The notes: generated from the sequence alone by a model not told the origin. Numbered from the stretch's first letter, positions 27,490-38,202 are shown. The stretch: DNA of 64,000 nucleotides from Acidobacteriota bacterium (GCA_009694745.1 SHUF01000001.1:80397-144396), one strand, 5' to 3'. Numbers and translations are program-made.

Positions 27490-29553
27490 TCAGCGCTCCA
27501 TCACCGGCACCGCACTCTTGCTCTCCGGCGTGCGGTGCTTCTCGAACCAGGCCATCAGATACAGCTGCTGGAGCAGTTGGTGAGACGGCCGGCGCCAGCC
27601 GTGGAACTCGTCGGGCATGCGCACGAGTATTGTGTCGGCCTTCCGCAGCATCTTGAGCGCCCGGTAGTACTCCTCGCTCTGCGCCATGGGCGTGCGTAAA
27701 TCGGCTTCCCCCGTCATCACCATCGTCGGCGTCGTGACATTGGCCACGTAGTGCAGCGGCGACCGCACGGCGTATTCCATCGGGTCTTCCCAGGGGTACT
27801 TCTGGAACTGGTTGTACCAGCTCACGCCATCGGTGGTCCCGACAAAGGAGTGCCAGTTGATGACGGGACGCATGGACGCGGCCGCGCGGAAGCGAGTGGT
27901 GTGGCCGACGATCCACGCGGTCAGCACGCCGCCGCCCGAGCCACCGGTCACGAACAGGTTCGACGAGTCGATCCAGCCCTTCGCCACCGCGGCATCGACG
28001 CTGGCCATCAGGTCGTCATAATCCTTGCCAGGGTAACTGTGCTGAATCCCGTTGACGAAGTTCTGGCCATAGCCCGTCGAGCCGCGTGGGTTGGTCCACA
28101 ACACGGCGTAGCCGTTGGCCGCAAAATTCTGATAGGCCCAGTTCCACCCGACCGAGTACATGCTCCACGGTCCACCATGAATCCACAGGAGCATCGGGTA
28201 TTTCTTCGCAGGATCGAAGTTCGCGGGTTTCATCAACCAGCCCTGCACCTTGAGGCCGTCTTTTGACGTCGCCCACACTTCCTCGGCGCCGGCAATCACC
28301 CGATCACCAAGCACATCCTTGTTGACGTCGACGAGCACCTTCATGTCGGCAGGCTTTGTCATTGGAAAGGACACAAGCACGCCAGGCTCGGTGACATGCC
28401 CGCGCACCGCGGCGGCGATACCGTTGTTCGCGATCGACACCGACGTCAGCACATGTTTACCTGCCGTGATCCGCTTTGGCGGCACGCCGAGATCGGCGGC
28501 GACAAAGTACGTGTTCTCCTCGCCGAGCTCCTGCATCGAGTAATAGACGCCAGACCCGTCCGGCGCCCACTGCACGTTGGAGGGTGAACTCGGCAGCCCG
28601 CCGGCCCACAGCCGCTGCCGTTTCCCGTCCGTGTCCATGATGTAGAGGCTCGACAGATGGCTCGTGAAGTTCTGCTGGTCAAAGCCCGTGTAGGCAATCC
28701 ATGTGCCGTCGGGTGACGCGAGCGGCGATCCATCCGGGCCGCGGCGGTCGGTCAGCTGCCTGACGTCGAGCGACGACAGGTTGATCGCGTACACCTCCAA
28801 ATCTCCCCGCAAGTACTCGGCATCGGGCTTCCGCACCCCCGCCACGAACATCGTCTTTCCATCTGCCGACCACGACGGCCCGCTGTGGTTGTAGTGGCCC
28901 GACGTCACCTGCCGCGGCGTGCCGCCAACGGTGGCGTCCACGGTGAAAATATGTGTGTAGCCCTTGACCGTAGGCCCCGAGCCGTCTGCCGCCCACGACG
29001 GGCGGTCCACGACGACGGCTCCGCGGGCGAGCTGGGCACCGCGCGGCACCGGGGGGAGACGCACAGGAAGCACCGGGGTTTCGTCCGGAAGAAACGCGGT
29101 GAACGCGATCTGCGAGCTGTCAGGCGACCACTCCACGCCGCTGGGTGCGCGATCAAACCGGGTCAACTGCAGCGTGTCGCGGGTATCGACCCACATCACG
29201 TGCAACTGCGTCGATCCGGACCGGTTGGACAGGAACGCGAGACGCTTGCCGTCGGGCGACCAGACTGGCGCCGAGTCATTCCACGCGCCGTCGGTCAGCT
29301 GCCGAAGGCGCGACCCATCCACGCCCACCACCCACAGGTTCGACGCGCCCTGGTCGCGCATGATGTCCACGAAGCCTCGCGAGAACAGCACCGTCGTACC
29401 ATCGGGCGAGATGCGGGGGTTGGACACCGACTCCATGTCGAAGAACGTGGACTTGTCGAGAAACTTCTTCGCGGGCGCCTGGGCGGCATTGGGGACGGTC
29501 GCGAAGGATGCGGAAAACACGCTGACGGCAACGAGTACGCGGAGCAAGTGCAT
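27490..29553 (-). CDS. S9-family serine peptidase with N-terminal PD40/TolB-like propeller
   Basis: 687 aa with a signal peptide. Repeated SPDG motifs are present (ISPDGTTV, WSPDGKRLAF, ASPDGTWIAY). The nucleophile elbow is GGSGGG. AGGAGG precedes the ATG. Confidence 0.85.
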   Translation of the reverse strand: MHLLRVLVAVSVFSASFATVPNAAQAPAKKFLDKSTFFDMESVSNPRISPDGTTVLFSRGFVDIMRDQGASNLWVVGVDGSRLRQLTDGAWNDSAPVWSPDGKRLAFLSNRSGSTQLHVMWVDTRDTLQLTRFDRAPSGVEWSPDSSQIAFTAFLPDETPVLPVRLPPVPRGAQLARGAVVVDRPSWAADGSGPTVKGYTHIFTVDATVGGTPRQVTSGHYNHSGPSWSADGKTMFVAGVRKPDAEYLRGDLEVYAINLSSLDVRQLTDRRGPDGSPLASPDGTWIAYTGFDQQNFTSHLSSLYIMDTDGKRQRLWAGGLPSSPSNVQWAPDGSGVYYSMQELGEENTYFVAADLGVPPKRITAGKHVLTSVSIANNGIAAAVRGHVTEPGVLVSFPMTKPADMKVLVDVNKDVLGDRVIAGAEEVWATSKDGLKVQGWLMKPANFDPAKKYPMLLWIHGGPWSMYSVGWNWAYQNFAANGYAVLWTNPRGSTGYGQNFVNGIQHSYPGKDYDDLMASVDAAVAKGWIDSSNLFVTGGSGGGVLTAWIVGHTTRFRAAASMRPVINWHSFVGTTDGVSWYNQFQKYPWEDPMEYAVRSPLHYVANVTTPTMVMTGEADLRTPMAQSEEYYRALKMLRKADTILVRMPDEFHGWRRPSHQLLQQLYLMAWFEKHRTPESKSAVPVMER

Positions 29554-29663
29554 GGGAACCTCCTGGGCCCGGACAGTCTAATCTCTCTCGGGACCATTCA
29601 CACCTCACCGACAGGCCGTCAGGCCCACGGATGGCGACCGAGCAGGTATAATCGCCACCGTCG

Positions 29664-32399
29664 ATGAGCCTGGCCCCCGGTACGCGCGTCGGTCCCTATG
29701 AAATCGTCGCGCCCCTGGGCGCCGGCGGCATGGGCGAGGTCTACAGGGCGCGCGACGCCCGCCTCGACCGCGATGTGGCGATCAAGATCCTGCCCGAACT
29801 CTTCGCGCAGGACCCCGAGCGCCTGGCGCGCTTCGAACGCGAAGCCAAGGCGCTGGCCGCCCTCAACCACCCGAACATCGCGGCCATTTACGGGATAGAA
29901 GAGTCCAGCGTCCAGAGTCCAGGATCCAGCGTCCGGGCCCTGATCATGGAGCTGGTCGAGGGCGAGGATCTGTCGGCGTTGATTGCGGCCGGGGCTAAAG
30001 CCCCGGCCCTCCATGAGTCCGGAGCCCCCGGGCTTCAGCTCGGGGGGATGCCACTCGCCGACGTTCTGCCCATCGCGCGACAGATCGCCGATGCGCTCGA
30101 GGCGGCCCACGAACAGGGCATCATCCATCGCGATCTGAAGCCCGCGAACATCAAGGTGCGCACCGATGGCACGGTCAAGGTGCTCGACTTCGGCCTCGCT
30201 AAGGCGATGGACTCCGGGACCGCGGGACCCCAGGACTCCAACAATTCGCCCACCCTCACGGCTCGGGCGACCCAGATGGGCATGATCATCGGCACGGCCG
30301 CCTACATGTCGCCCGAGCAGGCCAAGGGTAAGGCGGTTGATCGCCGCGCGGACATCTGGGCCTTTGGCGTCGTGCTCTACGAAATGCTGACCGGCCGCCG
30401 CGCGTTTGAGGGCGAGGACATTTCGACGACGCTCGCGGCGGTGTTGATGAAGAATCCGGAGTGGACGGCGCTGCCCGCCGGCACACCGCCAGCGCTCGTC
30501 ACCCTGGTGCAGCGATGCCTCGAGCGCGATCCCAAACAGCGTCTGCGCGATATCGGCGAAGCGCGCCTGCTCCTGAGCAATCCCCAGACGATGAGCGGGC
30601 GGCCCGCAGTCGCCGCGCCTGGCCCCGTGGCAGCGCGGCCGCGCATGGACTGGCGCATGGCCGTCGGCGCCCTGTTACTCGCCGGCGTCGCTGCGGTCGG
30701 CGCGTGGATGCTCAAGCCCGCACCAGTTCCGCCGCGGACCATCTCGGCCCGGTTCTCGATCACCCTGGCCAAGGACCAAACGTACACCCGGCTGACGAAC
30801 CGGGTGCTTGCCATTTCGCCGGATGGCGCGCGAATCGCCTACGTCGCCAATGGGGAACTCTTCGTGCGCGCCGTCGATCAACTCAATCCTGTCACGGTTT
30901 CCGGCGTGCGCGATCCGCGCGAGCCGTTCTTCTCTTCGGACAGCCAGTGGATCGGGTTCTACATGAACGCGAAGATCTGGAAGGTGGCAGTGACGGGCGG
31001 CGCGCCGGTCCCGGTCTGCGATACCTTGCCACCGGCCGGCGCCAGTTGGACAGGCGACGAGATTCTCTTTGCCGCCGGTCCCACTATCTTTCGCGTCCCG
31101 GCTGGCGGCGGTACGCCCGAGCCCTTGATCCCGGGCGAAACCGGTAAGGGCCCTGTCTCTAATCCGTGGCGAGTCCCAGGACGTAGCGAGGTGATCTTCA
31201 GCCGCACCGCCAACCTCGGGACCTGGGACGAGGCAGACATCGTCGTCGCAGACGGCAATGGTGCGGAGCGTGTGATTGTGCGGGGCGGTTCGGACGCACG
31301 ACTTCTCCCGACAGGCCACCTCATGTACGGACGACGAGGCGAGTTGCTGGTGGTGACGATCGACCCGGTCACACTGACGACAACGGGCACGCCGGTCGTG
31401 GTTGTGATCGGCGTAGCGGGCTCGGCTGGTGGCGGGCAGGGGACACGCCAGTACTCGGTCTCGGATACCGGCACGCTGGTGCACGCCTTTGGCAATATTG
31501 AAGAGCAGACCGATCTGATCTGGGCTGACCGGCAGGGCCGCGAAGAGATCCTGGCCACGGAGACGCAGGCGGCTTACCCGAGGGTGTCCCCGGACGGCCG
31601 GCGCATCGCCTACAGCGCAACGGTCGCCGGCAATTTGGACATCTACATCCTGGAGTGGGCACGAAAGGCCAGGAGCCGGCTGACGTTCGACCCGGGCCAG
31701 GACCTGGCGCCCGTCTGGTCACACGACGGCAAGCGCGTCATCTATGCCTCGAGCAGGGCCGGCGGCGCAGCTAACCTGTTCTGGCAACCAGCAGACGGCA
31801 CCGGAGCCGCTGAGCGCCTGACCACAGGCCCCAATCAGCAATGGTCCTACGCCACCACGCGCGATGGCCAGACGCTCGTCTATATTGAGCAGGGCTCCAA
31901 GACCTCATTCGACATCTACTCGGTCTCGCTCACGGGTGATCGAAAGCCGCTTCCCCTGCTCGTGAGCACGGCCGACGAGCGCCGGCCGACGCTGTCGCCC
32001 GACGACAAGTGGATCGCATACCAGTCAGATGAGTCGGGCAGTTTCGAGATCTTTGTGCGACCGTTCCCTAACATCAATGGAGGGCGCTGGCAGGTGTCGG
32101 CTGGCGGCGGCGCGTCACCTGTCTGGGGCGCTGACCTGCAGGAAATCTTCTATCGGTCCGGCCAGGCCGTCATGCGAGCCGGCGTGTCGGTCACGCCGAC
32201 GTTTGTGCCGGCGACACCTTCGCTCCTGTTCGCCTCGAACATGGTGCCGGACACGGGAGGCATTCAGCTCGGGCTGGCGCCTGACGGGAAACGCTTCGCG
32301 ATGATCCGGTCACACGGCACGAGCCAGGTGGGCAGCGTGTATCACGTGGTGTTGAACTGGTTCGATGAAGTTCGCGCGCGCGCCCCGGGGAGCAAGTAG
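29664..32399 (+). CDS. Ser/Thr protein kinase with TM segment and C-terminal PD40/TolB-like beta-propeller
   Basis: GAGGMGEVY glycine loop, [28 protein letters not shown]. The C-terminal half carries PD40 repeats ([40 protein letters not shown]). Confidence 0.9.
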   Translation: MSLAPGTRVGPYEIVAPLGAGGMGEVYRARDARLDRDVAIKILPELFAQDPERLARFEREAKALAALNHPNIAAIYGIEESSVQSPGSSVRALIMELVEGEDLSALIAAGAKAPALHESGAPGLQLGGMPLADVLPIARQIADALEAAHEQGIIHRDLKPANIKVRTDGTVKVLDFGLAKAMDSGTAGPQDSNNSPTLTARATQMGMIIGTAAYMSPEQAKGKAVDRRADIWAFGVVLYEMLTGRRAFEGEDISTTLAAVLMKNPEWTALPAGTPPALVTLVQRCLERDPKQRLRDIGEARLLLSNPQTMSGRPAVAAPGPVAARPRMDWRMAVGALLLAGVAAVGAWMLKPAPVPPRTISARFSITLAKDQTYTRLTNRVLAISPDGARIAYVANGELFVRAVDQLNPVTVSGVRDPREPFFSSDSQWIGFYMNAKIWKVAVTGGAPVPVCDTLPPAGASWTGDEILFAAGPTIFRVPAGGGTPEPLIPGETGKGPVSNPWRVPGRSEVIFSRTANLGTWDEADIVVADGNGAERVIVRGGSDARLLPTGHLMYGRRGELLVVTIDPVTLTTTGTPVVVVIGVAGSAGGGQGTRQYSVSDTGTLVHAFGNIEEQTDLIWADRQGREEILATETQAAYPRVSPDGRRIAYSATVAGNLDIYILEWARKARSRLTFDPGQDLAPVWSHDGKRVIYASSRAGGAANLFWQPADGTGAAERLTTGPNQQWSYATTRDGQTLVYIEQGSKTSFDIYSVSLTGDRKPLPLLVSTADERRPTLSPDDKWIAYQSDESGSFEIFVRPFPNINGGRWQVSAGGGASPVWGADLQEIFYRSGQAVMRAGVSVTPTFVPATPSLLFASNMVPDTGGIQLGLAPDGKRFAMIRSHGTSQVGSVYHVVLNWFDEVRARAPGSK

Positions 32400-32407
32400 G
32401 CCCGTCC

Positions 32408-33325
32408 ATGTCACTCACCGCCGGACAACGCATCGGACCGTACGAGATCGTCGCGCCCCTTGGCGCCGGCGGCATGGGCGAGGTCTATCGCGCACGCGAC
32501 AGCCGGCTCGACCGCGACGTGGCCATCAAGGTCCTGCCGGAGCTGTTCGCACAGGACCCCGAACGGTTGGCCCGCTTCGAGCGCGAAGCCAAGGCCGACA
32601 TGCTCGTGGCCGCCGCCGAGGCGGCTCAGGCCCGGATGCGTTCGGAAGAACTCGAGCGGCTGGTGACGTTCAGCCAGGCGGTCGCAAACGCCCTGGATCC
32701 CGCCACGCTGCAATAAGCCTTATGGCGCTACCTCCCCATCTTCACGGGTGAGCGCGAGTTCTGGTTGCTGTCCCGGCAACCCGATCGGTGGGAGGCGCTC
32801 CTGCGCGACAGCCTCACGAACTGTGTGAGCCGCGATCATGGCCTCGAAACACTGGACCGGGAAATGGAACGGGCGCGCCGGTCCAAACAGCCGCTGTCAA
32901 TCCTGATGGTGGACATCGACCAGTTCAAGCTCATCAACGACGGGCTGGGTCACCTGCGCGGCGACGAGCTGCTTCGTGAGGTCGGCACACTCCTGACCTA
33001 GGTGCTCAGGCGCACCGATGTGAAATGCCGTTGCGGCGGCGATGAGTTCCTGATCATCCTCATCGACACGTTGGTGGCCGGGGCGCAGCAGGCGGCTGAG
33101 TCCCTGCGGCGCAAAGTCGCCGCGCTCCCCTTCATCGTTGATGGAAAGACGCTGGCCGTGACGGCAAGTGTGGGTATTGCGGAAGCCGGACCAGCTGAAA
33201 ACGGCGCCACCGGGTTGATTGGCAGGGCCGACCACGCCCTATATCAGGCCAAGCGCGAGGGCAGAAATCGTTGTCGCGTGGCCATGACCCCAACCGAGGC
33301 CGCGATCAACCTCAGCGGCTTGTAA
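32408..33325 (+). pseudogene. chimeric kinase-N-lobe / coiled-coil / GGDEF gene interrupted by two in-frame stops
   Basis: Three track ORFs (32408..32716, 32765..33001, 33002..33325) lie in one frame. They are separated only by TAA 32714-32716 and TAG 32999-33001. Codons 1-63 are 57/63 identical to the N-terminus of the neighbouring kinase. The GGDEF domain (DIDQFKLINDGLGHLRGD...RRTDVKCRCGGDEF...ADHALYQAKREGRN) is split by the TAG. Confidence 0.7.
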
Positions 33326-34352
33326 GCACCGCCCAGCGCAGCTTGGCAGAAGACGCGCGCGTGTTCGCGCGACGCTCCTCTGGCGTGGCGCGCATGACCT
33401 CGTCCGACACCGTCGAATAGACGCCCGCGCGCAAGTCCGTCTGGAACGCCTTTTTCACGCGGCGGTCTTCACCCGAATGAAACGTCAGGATCGCCACACG
33501 GCCGCCAGGGGCCAGGCACTGTGGCAACGATCGCAGAAGTGCGTCGAGGGCCGCGAATTCGTCGTTGACGACAATGCGCAGCGCCTGGAAAGTGCGGCGC
33601 ACGGAGAGCGTCGTCTCGGCGGGCGTCAGACCTGGAAATGCGGTGGTCAGCGCCGCCCGGACCAGACCATCCACAGTGCCGGTCGTGGGCGCCGCTTCGG
33701 CAGACAGCTGTCGCTTCAACGCGTTCGCAATCAGACGTGCGTGTGGTTCATCCGCGTTCTCGTCGAGCAAGGCCGCCAATGACTCTTCGCTCTCGCGTGC
33801 AATCACCTGCGCGGCCGTCACACCACGCGACGGATTCATCCGCATGTCGAGAGGGCCAGACCCCTTGTGACTGAAGCCACGGTCGGGATTGTCGAGCTGC
33901 ATGGACGACACGCCAAGGTCCGCAAAGATGATGTTCGCGGCTGCATGACCGGCGGCGGCCAGCGCCTTGTGCACGCCCGCGAAGTTCCCCTGGTGCGAAA
34001 CAAACGACTCGGGACCGAACCCTTCGCCCCGCAGCCGGCTCTCGGTCCGCGGCAGCTCGATTGGATCCACGTCAAGGCTAATCACGCAGCCGCCCGGCAA
34101 CACACGGCCGAGCAACGCGCGCGCATGTCCCCCACCACCCAGCGTGCAGTCCACGGCCACGTCACCGGCCACCGGGCGAAGGCAGGCGATCACTTCGTCC
34201 ACCATGATCGGCCGATGCATGCCGGCCGGCGTCTTGCCGGACGCCAGCACCTTCTGCACGTCGGCGGCGTACCGCTCGGGATTCAGTTCCTTGTATCTCT
34301 CGTGAAACCCGCGCGGGTTTTTGCCGGAGTACCGCGGGCGCCTGGTGTGCAC
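33312..34352 (-). CDS. RsmH (MraW)-family SAM-dependent N4-cytosine methyltransferase paralog
   Basis: DCTLGGGGHA, DLGVSSMQLDNPDRGFS and GPLDMRM. It has a ~45-aa N-terminal extension, a GTG start 6 nt after the upstream stop, and is not in a dcw context. Confidence 0.7.
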   Translation of the reverse strand: MHTRRPRYSGKNPRGFHERYKELNPERYAADVQKVLASGKTPAGMHRPIMVDEVIACLRPVAGDVAVDCTLGGGGHARALLGRVLPGGCVISLDVDPIELPRTESRLRGEGFGPESFVSHQGNFAGVHKALAAAGHAAANIIFADLGVSSMQLDNPDRGFSHKGSGPLDMRMNPSRGVTAAQVIARESEESLAALLDENADEPHARLIANALKRQLSAEAAPTTGTVDGLVRAALTTAFPGLTPAETTLSVRRTFQALRIVVNDEFAALDALLRSLPQCLAPGGRVAILTFHSGEDRRVKKAFQTDLRAGVYSTVSDEVMRATPEERRANTRASSAKLRWAVLTSR

Positions 34353-34358
34353 AGGAGA

Positions 34359-35981
34359 TTATCCGAGCAACCGCCGCCCAATCGCCAGCAGCGTCCGAGC
34401 GGACGCCTCATCGGGACCGTCGCCGACGATGCGCACCACACGCGCCTCGGTTTTTGATCCCCGGAGCCACAGGAATCCTTCAGCGCCCGGTCGCGACACG
34501 CGCGCTTTCCATCCATACCCGGAGGCCATCGGCTTCACGGGGCCCACATAGCGCGTGTACGAATACACGATCTCGAACCTCGCCCATTCGCCTGACAGTT
34601 CTCCGGCGAAGAATTGCGGAAAGACCTCGTCGAGGGTCGTGACGGTTGCCGCCCAATCCGCCGGCGCCGTGAGCGAGTCCACGAACGAGCGTTGGGGCGG
34701 CAAGACCTCAATGAGGCCCGACAACCCAGCGGTGATGACGTGCGAGGGGGCGAGGGTGTCAGAGATGATCGCTCGCAATTCCGTATCGGCTGCCGCGAGC
34801 AGGGCGCCGGCGCCCACAAGCGACCCATCGCGGCACGTGGTTCCCGCGAACACCGTTCCGCCGTTCGCCCCTTCCACGCCAACCACCGTCCGGCGTCCGC
34901 GCAGTTCCTGATCCCGCATCGCCGTGACGACGTTGATTTCGCCGGTCTCCACCTCCACGACCTGAGCTCCGAACGCCGCCGCAATCTGGTGGACACGGCA
35001 CGATGTTGCGTCTGAGGCGACGACCACCGCCTGGCGAGTGTCGCCGGAACGACGATGCATCGCGAGCGCAATCGCGGTGTTTATGGCTGCCGCGGTCTGC
35101 GGCGACGGAATGTGCGCGGCGCCCGAGGCGTCCACGTACGTCAGGTTGCCACGGTCCGCGTCGAAGTCGTACGCCAGCCCAAACAGCGCGCCCTCGGCGC
35201 GCACACGTTCTGCCAGCCCGTCCAGCACGTGCGTGCCATCGGCGCGGGCCACTTCCACATCGATTTCGTGGGCCGTGACACCCTCGTCGTGGTTGATGAT
35301 GACCGGGTCCACACCGATCGACCGGAAGACGCGGTCCGCGATGCGCGACGCCGCGCCACCATTCGTGTCGATGACGATGCGCGCACCCTCGACGCGGGCA
35401 TGGTAGGTATCGGCGACAAAACGGACATACTCGGCGATGGCGCGCTCGCGCGCCGCCGCATCAGGTTCCGCGATGCTCTCGCGGCTCGTCGGCACGGGCC
35501 TGAAGGCGTTGGCGGCCCGGATGAGGCTGGCCATGTCCGAAGCGGACAACAGCGCCCCTGGCGGCGCCGGATCGCCGCCAAATGATTCGATCCCCGTGGC
35601 GTACTTCCACCCGTTGTTGTCGATCGGATTATGGCTGGCCGTGATCATCACGCCTCCGTGCGCCTGGAACATCCGCACCGAGTGCTGCCACACTGGCGTT
35701 GACACAATCCCGAGATCGATGAGCTCCAGGATGACGCCAAGGTCTCGGCAGGCACTTGCCAACCCCTGCGCCTGCGCCGCCGCCAGAGCCGGGCCCGTGG
35801 GCCGTGGATCGCGGGCCAGCACGATCTGGGCCCGACCGGCAGGGTTCGCCTGTAAACGCGAAAGCGCGTAGCAGTACGCATGCCTGAATGCGAACGCCTG
35901 ATCGTCCTTCGTGACGCCGGGACCTTCCCCGACGACCGCGCGGACACCGGAGTACGATTGCAGCCAGTGCGAGCTTGCCAT
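34359..35981 (-). CDS. phosphohexomutase (phosphoglucomutase/phosphomannomutase family)
   Basis: 540 aa. The active-site loop is ITASHNPIDNNGWKY, and the four-domain length fits the family. Confidence 0.75.
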   Translation of the reverse strand: MASSHWLQSYSGVRAVVGEGPGVTKDDQAFAFRHAYCYALSRLQANPAGRAQIVLARDPRPTGPALAAAQAQGLASACRDLGVILELIDLGIVSTPVWQHSVRMFQAHGGVMITASHNPIDNNGWKYATGIESFGGDPAPPGALLSASDMASLIRAANAFRPVPTSRESIAEPDAAARERAIAEYVRFVADTYHARVEGARIVIDTNGGAASRIADRVFRSIGVDPVIINHDEGVTAHEIDVEVARADGTHVLDGLAERVRAEGALFGLAYDFDADRGNLTYVDASGAAHIPSPQTAAAINTAIALAMHRRSGDTRQAVVVASDATSCRVHQIAAAFGAQVVEVETGEINVVTAMRDQELRGRRTVVGVEGANGGTVFAGTTCRDGSLVGAGALLAAADTELRAIISDTLAPSHVITAGLSGLIEVLPPQRSFVDSLTAPADWAATVTTLDEVFPQFFAGELSGEWARFEIVYSYTRYVGPVKPMASGYGWKARVSRPGAEGFLWLRGSKTEARVVRIVGDGPDEASARTLLAIGRRLLG

Positions 35982-35986
35982 GGACG

Positions 35987-37441
35987 TCAGCGAATGCGGC
36001 CGTACTGCTGCAGCAATCCGGGCCCGACCATCGTCTTCTCCACTGCCGCAATGCTGCGCGGCACAAAATCTGAAAGAACCGTCGCGCCCGTCTGTGTGAT
36101 GACAATCATGTCTTCCAGGCGGATGTAGATCTGCTCTTCGGGGATGGTGAGTGCCGGCTCGATCGTAAACACCATGCCCGGCCGCATGAGGCCTGTGCCG
36201 CCACCAAAATCATGCGTCGCCATGCCCACCGCGTGACCCAGGCCTCCACCGCGCTCGGCAGACGTGCGATACCGCTCGACAAATCGTGTGGCGGCCTCCG
36301 TGTAGATGGGCTTCGAAAATTTCGCGGCCCGCAGGATCGCGTTCATCTTCGGCAGCGCCGCCTGCAGCACCTGCTGCGACCGCAAGCCCGGCTTGATGGC
36401 GCCAAGCACGGATTCGTAGATCCCGAGATAAAAGCCGTACAGGTCGCGCTGGTCCGGAGTGAACCTGCCATTGACGGGCCACTGGCGCGTGACGTCACAG
36501 CGGTAGTAGCCGAGGTCGGGACAGTAGTCCATCAGCACCAACTCGCCGGCGGTCATGATTTTTTCGCCTGCGCGATGGTGCGCGTTCATCGCCGCCGGGC
36601 CGCTGGCCACAATGGCGCGATACGCCTCGCCCTGGGCACCGTGCCGCACGAAGATGAACTGCGCGAGCGCGTCCAGTTCGTACTCGGCCAGGCCGTGCAT
36701 GGTGCTGCGCATGCTCTCGAGAATCGCCTCGCCACCCATTCTCGTCGCGCGCGTGATGAGGGCAATCTCCGCCGGACTCTTGATCTCACGCATCGTGTTG
36801 AGGATGAGTGAGAGATCTTTGATCTCGAGTCGTGGAGCCCGGGCGGCCAACAAGGCACGCAAGTGGGCTTCGCGGCTGACTCGCCGATCCCACGGGTCTG
36901 CGGCTGCATCTGCCGTGCGCCGCCGCGCGCCATCGGGGCTCTCACTCGCTCCTTCAGTGGGCGCAAACGGCACATGCATCGTGGTCGCACCAACGCGCGC
37001 CGTGATATCGGCTTCAAGCTCTTCAGGTGACCGCACCTCGTCCACGCCCGTGATTCGGGCGGTGGCCGCCGGGTCATCCGACGACAGCAGATCGCCTTCG
37101 ACCGCGGCCCGGCTCACATTCTGTTTCGGCAGATACAAGACGCTGCGCCTTGTGGTGCCGTCCATCAGCAGGATGGCCTGTGGCGTCACCACGCCGGACA
37201 GGTAGTAGAACTCGTTGGACTGCCGGAAGATGGCCGACGAATGCACGCTGGGCAGCCCTTGAATCAGGGCAAGGCCGCCGGGACCGATTGCGTCGTAGAC
37301 CCGGGCACGGCGCGCTGCGAACTCAGCCAGCGTGAAGTTGGTGGTGAACGCGCGGCCGGCTTGCGCGTGGCCGACGGGCATGGCCACTCCGGCGCCAAGC
37401 GCAACCACCATGAACCCACCAACGATGTTTTGCCACCTCAT
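35987..37441 (-). CDS. M24B Xaa-Pro aminopeptidase, secreted
   Basis: Signal peptide present. Metal-ligand regions: LMDYCPDLGYYRCDVTR, GLGHAVGMATHD, FTIEPAL and IRLEDM. GGGGAGGG precedes the ATG. Confidence 0.8.
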   Translation of the reverse strand: MRWQNIVGGFMVVALGAGVAMPVGHAQAGRAFTTNFTLAEFAARRARVYDAIGPGGLALIQGLPSVHSSAIFRQSNEFYYLSGVVTPQAILLMDGTTRRSVLYLPKQNVSRAAVEGDLLSSDDPAATARITGVDEVRSPEELEADITARVGATTMHVPFAPTEGASESPDGARRRTADAAADPWDRRVSREAHLRALLAARAPRLEIKDLSLILNTMREIKSPAEIALITRATRMGGEAILESMRSTMHGLAEYELDALAQFIFVRHGAQGEAYRAIVASGPAAMNAHHRAGEKIMTAGELVLMDYCPDLGYYRCDVTRQWPVNGRFTPDQRDLYGFYLGIYESVLGAIKPGLRSQQVLQAALPKMNAILRAAKFSKPIYTEAATRFVERYRTSAERGGGLGHAVGMATHDFGGGTGLMRPGMVFTIEPALTIPEEQIYIRLEDMIVITQTGATVLSDFVPRSIAAVEKTMVGPGLLQQYGRIR

Positions 37442-37470
37442 AGACGCCCTCCCCGGCGCATGATGGCACA

Positions 37471-38142
37471 GTGACGATGTTTGTGCCGATACCCGCCGAT
37501 CGATTTCTCATGGGCAGCGACACCGGGCAAGACGATGAGCGGCCGGTGCATGAGGTGAGCGTGGACGCGTTTGAGTGCGCGGTGTATCCGGTCACGCAGG
37601 TGGAGTACGCGAAGTTTCTCGATGCAACCGATCACGAGGCGCCGCGTGAGTGGTCGGGCGAAATCGTGGTTGCTGACCTGCCTGTAATCGGCGTGAGCTG
37701 GTTGGATGCACAGGCCTATTGCCGGTGGCGGCCGGATGGCGGGGAGCCCGTGCGCCTGCCGACCGAAGCAGAGTGGGAATGGGCGGCGCGGGGCGGGTTG
37801 GCCGGGGCGCGGTATCCGTGGGGCGATGAGATTCCCGCGTGGGTGCCCAACGGCGGCCGGGGCGCGCGTGCGGGGCCATGGCCGGTCACGCTCGGTGAGG
37901 CTAACGGCTTCGGCCTCTTCGGCATCGGCGGAAACATTCACGAGTGGTGCGCCGACTGGTACGCGGCCGACTACTACGCGACGTCACCCACGCACAATCC
38001 GCGCGGTCCTGAGACAGGGCGGCGGCGTGTGTCGCGTGGTGGCGCGTGGCGCCACGCGATCACCGTGAGCCGCTGCGCGCAACGCAGCCGAATCGATCCG
38101 TCGTTCCGGTATACCGACTATGGATTCAGGGTCGTGCGCTGA
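37471..38142 (+). CDS. formylglycine-generating-enzyme (SUMF1/EgtB/PvdO) family protein
   Basis: FLMGSD...ERPVHEV, RLPTEAEWEWAARGG, NIHEWCADW and VSRGGAWRH. The start is GTG 37471 or ATG 37477. Confidence 0.8.
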   Translation: MTMFVPIPADRFLMGSDTGQDDERPVHEVSVDAFECAVYPVTQVEYAKFLDATDHEAPREWSGEIVVADLPVIGVSWLDAQAYCRWRPDGGEPVRLPTEAEWEWAARGGLAGARYPWGDEIPAWVPNGGRGARAGPWPVTLGEANGFGLFGIGGNIHEWCADWYAADYYATSPTHNPRGPETGRRRVSRGGAWRHAITVSRCAQRSRIDPSFRYTDYGFRVVR

Positions 38143-38202
38143 GGCGCAACGTCGCGCACGGGACCGTATCGAGCTCGTGAAAAACAGGCGTCATGATTAG
38201 CC

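Noticed and set aside
29664-32596. The kinase N-terminus copy at 32408-32596 as a recent tandem duplication of 29664-29852.
   Set aside because: The protein is 57/63 identical, but the DNA differs at numerous synonymous positions. It therefore derives from an older paralog rather than a fresh duplication.
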